From IMG/VR virus record IMGVR_UViG_3300033069_000955: a stretch of 64,000 nt of DNA. The stretch is one strand, 5' to 3'. Made by a program: the position numbers and the translations under genes. Below the pieces are notes generated by a model. The model ran no database searches. It worked only from the letters and a program-made list of their open reading frames with translations, and had not been told where the DNA came from. Origin of the DNA: an uncultured virus (IMG/VR IMGVR_UViG_3300033069_000955) (taxonomy: Duplodnaviria; Heunggongvirae; Uroviricota; Caudoviricetes). Shown here piece by piece: positions 56,503 through 64,000 of the stretch. Positions within the stretch are counted from its first letter, which is position 1. Every line of letters starts with the position of its first letter.

Positions 56503-57645
56503 ATGAAAACTATAACCATCCCAGTTTCTTTTCTAGATTTAGCTAAACTAGAAAATATAAACACAGCAATCGCATCTGACTTTTATGTCAGAAAATCCTC
56601 CAGTAGAGGTTACTATGACCTTGTTTTACATATGGTTCCAGACTTTGGTTCTGAGATAGAGGCTTCTAGGTCTTTGCTTAGGCTCTGGAAGAATTGGAAG
56701 TCTTATATTCATAACAATAGCGTAGTTCTTGAAAAGACTACAGTACAAGTACCTGAACAAATCAGTGAGGCCAATACAATTCAAAAAGTAATTCAACCAG
56801 ACAGTTTTCTTGAAATGTCTAGAACTGGTTTGGAGAGACTAATCGGACCCATTGGTGAAGTCAATAAGAACTATAAGAGAAAGAAAGGTGATGGTTCTGT
56901 TGATGTGGCAGGAGACTTCCATATCCCCTTCCACCACCCAGAAAGTCTTGACTATCTTCTTAGATCAGACGCAGATGAACTCGTAATTATGGGTGACGTA
57001 CTTGATATGCTTTCTGCTTCAAGCCATAGACAGACTAATGCCTATGTGACCTATCAGGCTGAGATAGCAACTGGTCGAGCTATTATTGAAGAGCTTTGTA
57101 AGAAGTATAGTAGTGTTAAGATCATTACTGGGAATCATGATAATAGGCCAATCAAAAAGATGCAGAATCTTTTACCTGGTTTGCTTCCTATGGTTGTACA
57201 CCCATTAGTTTGGTTAACCCAAGGGCTTGATAACGTAGAGTTCATGTCACTTGAGATTCCTGATACTAAGCCACCTCTCCAATTTGGTGAAAACTACAAG
57301 CTTGATTTTGCTGGAATTTGGAATGAGTGTCTTTTTGGTCACTTTGAATGCTTCTGTGGTGATGATGCTGTAAAGAGGCTTGATACATGGCTTGCCCAAT
57401 GGAATCACGTATTGAAGATTGAATCGCCTAGAGCGGTCTTCCAGGGGCATGTACATAGGCTTTCTATGGAGTACACTCCTACAGGCAGAATGCTTATTCA
57501 TACTGGTTGCATGGCTAAGCCTCAAGAGTACCAATTCTTACAACATGGTAAGTATCAACCACCTGTCCAAGGTTTCGTTAAAATGTATAGAGACGAAACT
57601 GGTAGTTTTGATTTGAATAAGACCCAATTAGTTTACACTGGTTAA
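56503..57645 (+). CDS. calcineurin-like metallophosphoesterase
   Basis: DFH, GDVLD, GNHD, GH and GHVH motifs. Confidence 0.9.
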   Translation: MKTITIPVSFLDLAKLENINTAIASDFYVRKSSSRGYYDLVLHMVPDFGSEIEASRSLLRLWKNWKSYIHNNSVVLEKTTVQVPEQISEANTIQKVIQPDSFLEMSRTGLERLIGPIGEVNKNYKRKKGDGSVDVAGDFHIPFHHPESLDYLLRSDADELVIMGDVLDMLSASSHRQTNAYVTYQAEIATGRAIIEELCKKYSSVKIITGNHDNRPIKKMQNLLPGLLPMVVHPLVWLTQGLDNVEFMSLEIPDTKPPLQFGENYKLDFAGIWNECLFGHFECFCGDDAVKRLDTWLAQWNHVLKIESPRAVFQGHVHRLSMEYTPTGRMLIHTGCMAKPQEYQFLQHGKYQPPVQGFVKMYRDETGSFDLNKTQLVYTG

Positions 57646-57648
57646 TAT

Positions 57649-57906
57649 ATGAAGTACGGAAGAATTGATATTAAAATCCCAACTTTTGAAAAAGAGTATG
57701 ATGCTATTGATGAAAACTTGAAGAAAGAGGAGATTACAGAGAGCGAAGCTAAGAAACTTAGGAAAGATTTGGATGTAACTAAGATTGCCTATTTACTTGG
57801 TACCAACAAATTGCCTCTCAGATCTGCTCCTAGATATGGAAGCAACCTTAAAAATATGGGTACTGGTTTAAAGAGAATGAATTTTAGGCCAATGATTGTA
57901 GACTAA
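57649..57906 (+). CDS. hypothetical protein
   Basis: 85-aa ORF. Confidence 0.6.
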   Translation: MKYGRIDIKIPTFEKEYDAIDENLKKEEITESEAKKLRKDLDVTKIAYLLGTNKLPLRSAPRYGSNLKNMGTGLKRMNFRPMIVD

Positions 57907-57927
57907 GGTTATAGGAGATATAAGTAG

Positions 57928-57956
57928 AAATAGAGCGGAAATTCCGCTCTATTTTT
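57928..57956 (+). terminator. intrinsic terminator (possibly bidirectional)
   Basis: AAATAGAGCGGAA/TTCCGCTCTATTT plus T run. Confidence 0.7.
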
Positions 57957-57963
57957 GTTATAA

Positions 57964-60900
57964 GTGGCCAGGCTAGACAAGATAACTAATATCAACCCGG
58001 AGCCGGGAGACACAGTTCGACATAGAGGAAGCAAGCAGGACTACGTTGTTCATAATGCTGTTACTTTAGCTGGTGGAGCTGGCACACTTTTTTACCTGCT
58101 CAAAACACTAGACGGCTCTTCCCTTCAGTTTAAAGCCCATAAACTAGATGATGAAGATATGTACATTGTTCGTAAGAACGTTGAACAACTATCTCCACAA
58201 GATGTCATTAGAGAAAGAGCCGAGCATTTATCTAAGGCTTTTAAGGGTAATCAAGAACTTATTCAAAGAATTGAAAAAGGAGACTCAGCTGTCTACAGAG
58301 ACATGCTTCTACTTCTTAAAGATTCTGAAGAGGGACATATTCAGCAAAACTTGCTGAATCTAGCAGATCATTTAGTCTTCTCTTCTAACTCTACTAACTC
58401 AAAAGAAGATATTGTTTCCATGCTTCACAAAGCACTTGGAGATAATGCTGATATGTACTCTGTGGAGCATATTGATCAGTTAGCAGAATCCTTACATAAA
58501 AAGATACAGCAAAATGTCAAAGTATCAACGATTACCACACTTAATCAACAATTAAATAATGCGGCCTCAAAAGTTAATGGAGCTAGTCCTGGCGATCTTC
58601 CTTATTCAATGGGTCGAGATTTTGGGTTCACTAAGTTTTTAAGAAAACAGCTTTTCCAAAGAGAAGACCCACAATCAGTGGGAGCATTAGAACCTGTTAT
58701 GAGGAAGTTTTCTCGTTTAACGGGTGATGGTACTACCAAACCTATTCCTAAAGCTTACAGGGCACAGGAGATTTTCAAGAATCTTAAAGAAAGAAAGCTA
58801 ATCACTTCTAAAGAATCCTCTGCTTTTGCTTTTGGTAGTTATAAAGAAAGTAATGCAGCTATTAAAGGTCTTTTAGATAGTCAAGGCACTGGTTCATTTG
58901 TTAGTTCTTATTTAAGATACCTAGAACTACATGGTGCTGATAAAAAAGTTAATAAGTTATGGAATAAACGAACTGCCACTCAATCTAGATACAGAGGTAG
59001 AATTAGTAAACCTGTTAGCATTGGTAGTTTACTTGCCAACCCAGCAGAAATCAACGCAGATGGTAGTCAGAGATTCTTCTCCATTAATAGCCATTCACTC
59101 GTTCATGAGGTTCTTGCTGGAAAGACTTTAACTGTTAATGGTCAACAAGTAAGTGCTAGTGATAAGGCTGTACGAGATTTATTTAGACAACAAGTGGGTT
59201 CTGATAGAGGTCAGGTTTTAGTAAGTGCTAAAGCTGTCAGACAACTTAGTACTCAAAAAGAAGTTGACTTAGGTAATCTGCTCACTGAACATACTAGAGT
59301 AGCAAATAATTTAGGTGCTGGTACTGTTAGCTATTTGGAGAGTAAGGCTGGTACTACTAGTTCTGCCTTCCAGAAAAACCCAGTATTAGAGTTAAATATC
59401 TCTGAGGGTGGAGCTTCTGTTATACCTGGAGGAGAGAATACTTTATTTAGGGTTTCTAGTGGACTAGAAGATAAGTATTTTAGTGGTGCTCAATTTGCTG
59501 AGGCTCAGGACTACTCTAGATCAACTGGTGTACCACTTGAATCAGCTGTGGTTCCACCGAACTTAGGTTTAAATCTTGAAGACTCTGATTTAACTGGACA
59601 CCTATTACAAAAAGAAAATGTATCTTTCCAGAATGTAGTTCTACCAACTGGTGGTGGAACAAACTTAGTTGGAGAAGTGACGGCTCTTAGACAAGGAGAT
59701 GTTTATGAAAGAGTCAGAGAAGAAAGTAGAATGGGCTATGCCCTAATTAAGAACAACACAGGTAAATCTGCTGTTAGATTAGTTGGTACTGATACAAGTG
59801 TCCCCATTAACGAAGGATTAGAAAGAGGTCTTGTTGCGATACAACAAGGAGGCAGAGGTCACTTAATTCTTGATGTTGGCTCTCAGTTTGATAAGCTTAA
59901 TGGAACCCATGGAGCTATAACAGCTATGGGTCTCGGATTTAGAGATCATACAGGAGCAATATCGAATGTTATAGAATTTAGTGGTGGTACTCCTATTGAA
60001 GAAGTCAGAGCATTAGCTGCCCTAACACGTAGTTTAAATAATGCTGAATCTGTAGGAACCCAAACTAGTTATCATTTTGATGCTTTGAGATCTAGAATAC
60101 AGACTCTTAAAGGATACGACTTTAAAGGTGCTACAGTTTACGTTGAAGGTAAAAAACTCTCAGCTGCTGAGGCCTTAGCAGAAATAGAAACCTCAATCAA
60201 TAAAGCATATTTCCAGAAGTCATATGACCTTATTACTTTAGGACAAGCTAGTGGTAAAGTAAGAGCAGGTAATGCGAGTAGAAGCTTACTTGCTAATATG
60301 TTACTCAGAGAAAAAGAAGCAGCAAATGGTATAGAAGGAGTTCACCAAGCTTTTAAAATTGCTGATAAACTAGGTTTACAAGGAACTTCACTTGAAGGTA
60401 TGGTTGGAGCTGGAGATAGATTATTTTTCAGTGCTGATACAAAGGGAGAGCTTCCTGGTTCTTTATTAAGATTACATGGTTTTGAGAACTCGGGTATAGG
60501 GAACTCTGGAGTTAGAGCTGTATTTGAACGCATGGAAATGTTAGAGGGCGGTGCTGTTAGAGGTACTGGCTCTAGGGTTAGCTTAGATGCAATGAATACC
60601 CACATGCTAGGTGCATCTATATCTAAACTTAGACAACTCACTTTAACCGATGGTAAATTAGGCCAAGATCAAGCTGGCTTAGTGGCTGAGTGGACTGGTC
60701 AGGCAGCTAAAGAACAGGCTGGGAGAATTATTCGTGGAATTAGTTCAATTGTAACCTCAAGTTACAACAGAACTGGAGTTCATACTAATTTTACTCAAAC
60801 TGCCTGGGGATTACATGAGCTAACAGTTCATTCTGAAATCAAAAACCTACTACAAAAAGAAGCTCGTGGGGTGGCTGTATTTGATCGTATTGCTGGTCAG

Positions 60901-62670
60901 ACTAAAAACTATGATGACATTATGGATAATGTTATTGATAGAATGGTACAAGGGGCCAATATGCCAGTAATGGAAGAATCAAGACAGGCTTTTGAGGCCT
61001 CATTACGCTTAAATCTTGAAGAAGCACTACGTAACCCTACTCAGAGAAAAATGTACGAAGAGGGATCTAATTTATCCAACGTTATAGATTCTGAGTTTGG
61101 TCAAAGATTAATCTCTACTGCTAGACAAGGTATGGATGGAGATACCAGAGCTATGCATCAAGCTATGTTGATGTCTATTAACATGGCTGGAAGGATTGAT
61201 AATGCACATGAATTACATAGTGCTATGTTTACAGGTGCTCCTACAATGGGCCTTAGAGTTTCTTCCAAATCTGGTGCTTATACAGATGCAGTATCTTTTG
61301 CTTTGAACCCTGATACGGCTATGACAGAGGTAGAAGTAAAAGTAAGACAACTTGCTAGTCAAACCTTATTATCTTTCTCCAGAGAGAACAGAGCAGATAT
61401 AAATCATATTGTCAGAGGAGCAGGTATTAGTGATGTTTCAGGTTTAAGGGCCGCAGTTACAAACTACGCTAACTCAATGAATATACATGACTCAATTCCA
61501 AATTTGAATTCAGCTATGGCATCTATGCATTTCTTAGATAAAAATGGTGAGTATGGTGATATTCCAGAAGCTCTAGAGAATATTATGCGATCTGATCCTT
61601 TCAAGAAAAGACTTATGAAAAGTGTTCTTGATAGAAAAGAAAAATTTCTTGAAGATGCAGCTGATATAAACCCACAAGTTAACGCGAAAGAAGTTGCTGC
61701 AATGATAGAGCAACAACTACACACTTCATTTGGCAAACATGAACATGGTGCTGATGCTATGCATGATTTTATGGGTGCCATTTATAAGAAAGACGCTACT
61801 GGTGTATCGGCTTATTTTACAGACGCATATGAAAGAGCCAACCTAGAACATTTGATTCCAATGATTAGCCGTGAGGCTACAGATGATATTGTTACTACAT
61901 CCGAGAAGATGTTAGGTAGATTAGATGGGAAAGGGGGTGGTGGTTTAATGGATCTTATTATGGAACAAGCTAGAAAGTTAAACGCTACTGCCTACGAAGC
62001 CAAAATGGATGACATTTCCAGAAAGAAACTAATAGCATCTTTTGTAGATACCAGCACCCAACTAACAGAGAACTCAGGGTCTGAGTATGTATTGAAGAGT
62101 CTTAATGCAGTAGCTTTACATTATCAAGGTTTAATTAGTGAGGGGATCCCTAAACAAACTACAGTAGAAGCTATGACCACCATAGCCACTAAAGCAGCTA
62201 CCATAGCTACCGAGAATAGTGGAGACGACGTATTTAAGCAAGCTCTTAAAGTTCAACATGAAGGACTATTGGGAGAAGCTATTGTTGATTTAACTAAACA
62301 AAGAAAGGTTATGGGAGCTTTGATTGTTGCTGGTGGAGTTGCAGCTATGCTTGCTGGAATTACTAAGCCAAAAGAGCAGTATTCTGGTGGCTATGCATCT
62401 GACCAATCTCCAGGGGTTATTGGAGCAATGTCAGAAATACCTGGAGACCCAGAACCTCCAAATGTTTTTACTGGGCAGACTCAACCGTTTAAGTTGAAAA
62501 TAAATGTAAAAGGATATGTTAAAGATAAAAATCAACTTGCCGTTTTAGAAAGTCGTTTTAGCAATGTAGCCAGTAAATATTCTAATGGTAGATTTTCAAA
62601 ACAATCCCACACTGATAGACAAGATCCTATTAGATTGAGAGCTTACGAAGAATTGAAACAGAACGTATAA
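57964..62670 (+). CDS. 1568-aa probable virion/ejection protein with a degenerate DEDD-exonuclease-like segment
   Basis: GTG start; Gly/Ala-rich; hydrophobic segment near the C-terminus; LILDVG...HFD pattern. Confidence 0.7.
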   Translation: MARLDKITNINPEPGDTVRHRGSKQDYVVHNAVTLAGGAGTLFYLLKTLDGSSLQFKAHKLDDEDMYIVRKNVEQLSPQDVIRERAEHLSKAFKGNQELIQRIEKGDSAVYRDMLLLLKDSEEGHIQQNLLNLADHLVFSSNSTNSKEDIVSMLHKALGDNADMYSVEHIDQLAESLHKKIQQNVKVSTITTLNQQLNNAASKVNGASPGDLPYSMGRDFGFTKFLRKQLFQREDPQSVGALEPVMRKFSRLTGDGTTKPIPKAYRAQEIFKNLKERKLITSKESSAFAFGSYKESNAAIKGLLDSQGTGSFVSSYLRYLELHGADKKVNKLWNKRTATQSRYRGRISKPVSIGSLLANPAEINADGSQRFFSINSHSLVHEVLAGKTLTVNGQQVSASDKAVRDLFRQQVGSDRGQVLVSAKAVRQLSTQKEVDLGNLLTEHTRVANNLGAGTVSYLESKAGTTSSAFQKNPVLELNISEGGASVIPGGENTLFRVSSGLEDKYFSGAQFAEAQDYSRSTGVPLESAVVPPNLGLNLEDSDLTGHLLQKENVSFQNVVLPTGGGTNLVGEVTALRQGDVYERVREESRMGYALIKNNTGKSAVRLVGTDTSVPINEGLERGLVAIQQGGRGHLILDVGSQFDKLNGTHGAITAMGLGFRDHTGAISNVIEFSGGTPIEEVRALAALTRSLNNAESVGTQTSYHFDALRSRIQTLKGYDFKGATVYVEGKKLSAAEALAEIETSINKAYFQKSYDLITLGQASGKVRAGNASRSLLANMLLREKEAANGIEGVHQAFKIADKLGLQGTSLEGMVGAGDRLFFSADTKGELPGSLLRLHGFENSGIGNSGVRAVFERMEMLEGGAVRGTGSRVSLDAMNTHMLGASISKLRQLTLTDGKLGQDQAGLVAEWTGQAAKEQAGRIIRGISSIVTSSYNRTGVHTNFTQTAWGLHELTVHSEIKNLLQKEARGVAVFDRIAGQTKNYDDIMDNVIDRMVQGANMPVMEESRQAFEASLRLNLEEALRNPTQRKMYEEGSNLSNVIDSEFGQRLISTARQGMDGDTRAMHQAMLMSINMAGRIDNAHELHSAMFTGAPTMGLRVSSKSGAYTDAVSFALNPDTAMTEVEVKVRQLASQTLLSFSRENRADINHIVRGAGISDVSGLRAAVTNYANSMNIHDSIPNLNSAMASMHFLDKNGEYGDIPEALENIMRSDPFKKRLMKSVLDRKEKFLEDAADINPQVNAKEVAAMIEQQLHTSFGKHEHGADAMHDFMGAIYKKDATGVSAYFTDAYERANLEHLIPMISREATDDIVTTSEKMLGRLDGKGGGGLMDLIMEQARKLNATAYEAKMDDISRKKLIASFVDTSTQLTENSGSEYVLKSLNAVALHYQGLISEGIPKQTTVEAMTTIATKAATIATENSGDDVFKQALKVQHEGLLGEAIVDLTKQRKVMGALIVAGGVAAMLAGITKPKEQYSGGYASDQSPGVIGAMSEIPGDPEPPNVFTGQTQPFKLKINVKGYVKDKNQLAVLESRFSNVASKYSNGRFSKQSHTDRQDPIRLRAYEELKQNV

Positions 62671-63395
62671 TGATTGATCTAAATAAAGCTGGGGTAGTTG
62701 GTGGAATTGTTGGCTCAGCCTTACTAGCAAGTATGGCAAGTCCTTTAGGACCAAAGGTTGCTGGATTCTTTGGTTTACCTCAAGCTGATCAAGACAGTAT
62801 TGATAGAAGTAGAAAAATTGCTTTGGTTGCTGGGGCCAGTTCCGTAGCCTCATCTTTTGCTTTTAAAGGTAAAACTGAACATGTCAGAATGGGGGTGTTT
62901 TTCGGTGGGGGTTTAGTTGCCAACACTCTTTCTGATATTGACAAAGGAAGAGACGTTACTTCAAGCGTAGTACAAAATACTATTGCTGGGGCTGCGGGAC
63001 TTTTAGCATATGTAGGTACTAAGAGAAATCAAGGTAAATTTATTTCTCTATTACTTAATGGGAAAACTACTGGTAGATTTGTTTCTGGTATAGAGGCTAG
63101 TTACGCAAAAGTCATAGCTAAACAACCTTTGCTAGGTAAGATAATGCTAGATGAGTTGGCTCCTACCTTGGTTGCTGCTGGTGCTGTTCCCTTTGCACAT
63201 ACCTTAACTTTAAGGGCAACAATTAAGGGTTCTAAAATAGTCAAACAAGCTCAAGGACTTGTAGCTAATCAGGGAACAGACAATTCGGCAGGAGATACGG
63301 AAGGCAGAAGAGAAATGGGTGGATCTTACGCACAACAAGATCCAAACGTCACACATACGGGGGTTAATATGAGAACCCACGTAATAGAACGTTAG
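62670..63395 (+). CDS. Gly/Ala-rich hydrophobic protein, probable ejection protein
   Basis: TAATG coupling; several weak TM segments. Confidence 0.65.
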   Translation: MIDLNKAGVVGGIVGSALLASMASPLGPKVAGFFGLPQADQDSIDRSRKIALVAGASSVASSFAFKGKTEHVRMGVFFGGGLVANTLSDIDKGRDVTSSVVQNTIAGAAGLLAYVGTKRNQGKFISLLLNGKTTGRFVSGIEASYAKVIAKQPLLGKIMLDELAPTLVAAGAVPFAHTLTLRATIKGSKIVKQAQGLVANQGTDNSAGDTEGRREMGGSYAQQDPNVTHTGVNMRTHVIER

Positions 63396-63421
63396 ACAAC
63401 ACTAAATTAACGGAACACAAT

Positions 63422-64000
63422 ATGATAGGAACCAGATTTTTCTCTGCTATGAGCAACAATATTAAGGGTGTTGTTCTTGATGTAAGTAAATCCTCTTCGT
63501 CTGAGGGTTCTTATGTTGCCTTAGTACAAACTGAGAAAGACATAGTTCAGATTGTTATTAGCCGATCTCAAGCAGAATATCTGCTTAAAGCTTTAGTTCC
63601 TACTAACTTAATCAATGGGATGGATTTAGATGCTGGGAAGTTGTCTAATCAAATTAAGCAACTTTTAAAAACTAAGGCTCCTGTAGAGTTTTCAACTAAA
63701 AGTGGCTCTGGTTCCAAGTGGTATACAGTTGATTTAAACGCAACCCCTAGTAAAGTTATATTCATTACTGATAGTAGCAGTGTGAATGAGGAAGATGTTA
63801 ATTCTACTTTTGCGCCAGCTGATTGGCCAGGGAAAGCTGAGGATGAGCGTTTTGTTCCTGTTCCAACTATTAGAGTTCCAGGCTCCTCTACTACTAGAAT
63901 TGGCTATGCTGTTTTTGATTCCCCTATCCAGCACATTAGTCAACAAAGAACTAGTTATATTGAAGAACAGCCAACTATAAGAGAATCTAGTACCATTAAA
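63422..64000 (+). CDS. partial CDS running off the window (MIGTRFFSAMSNN...)
   Basis: Open frame of 193 codons to the window edge; absent from the track because it has no stop. Confidence 0.7.
   Translation, partial: MIGTRFFSAMSNNIKGVVLDVSKSSSSEGSYVALVQTEKDIVQIVISRSQAEYLLKALVPTNLINGMDLDAGKLSNQIKQLLKTKAPVEFSTKSGSGSKWYTVDLNATPSKVIFITDSSSVNEEDVNSTFAPADWPGKAEDERFVPVPTIRVPGSSTTRIGYAVFDSPIQHISQQRTSYIEEQPTIRESSTIK

Noticed and set aside
1..64000. Genome-wide stop-codon reassignment (code 4, 15 or 25) suggested by the UCA tRNA
   Set aside because: Genes are long and densely packed under code 11, and TGA/TAG occur at normal gene ends including start-stop overlaps

Overview
64 kb of a large, apparently lytic myovirus-type phage genome. 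No host housekeeping genes, integrase or CRISPR array are visible. The left arm (1-12.8 kb, minus strand, visibly more GC-rich from about 3.6 kb) holds small early-type genes, several atypical tRNA or tRNA-like genes (one with a UCA anticodon), and a small two-barrel RNA polymerase encoded as a beta'-like ORF (DCDGD) followed by a beta-like ORF. After a strand switch near 12.8-13.1 kb come a long structured non-coding region, a dockerin-like protein of a style I associate with Armatimonadota, and a tRNA cluster in which one tRNA is interrupted by a PD-(D/E)XK endonuclease ORF. Next are rmlB-rmlA and a 1260-aa single-chain two-barrel RNA polymerase with beta'-then-beta domain order that is clearly paralogous to the small one. 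The rest (24.4-64 kb, plus strand) is a morphogenesis module: intein-containing TerL, portal, holin, protease, scaffold, capsid proteins, two sheath paralogs, three tube-like paralogs (one with a Hint domain), chaperones, a 2076-aa tape-measure-position protein carrying a PD-(D/E)XK domain, a metallophosphoesterase and further large virion proteins. The best candidates for new biology are the pair of beta'-first RNA polymerases with a matching repeated upstream motif, and the set of tRNAs with altered anticodon arms. All family assignments are by eye from motifs; no searches were run.
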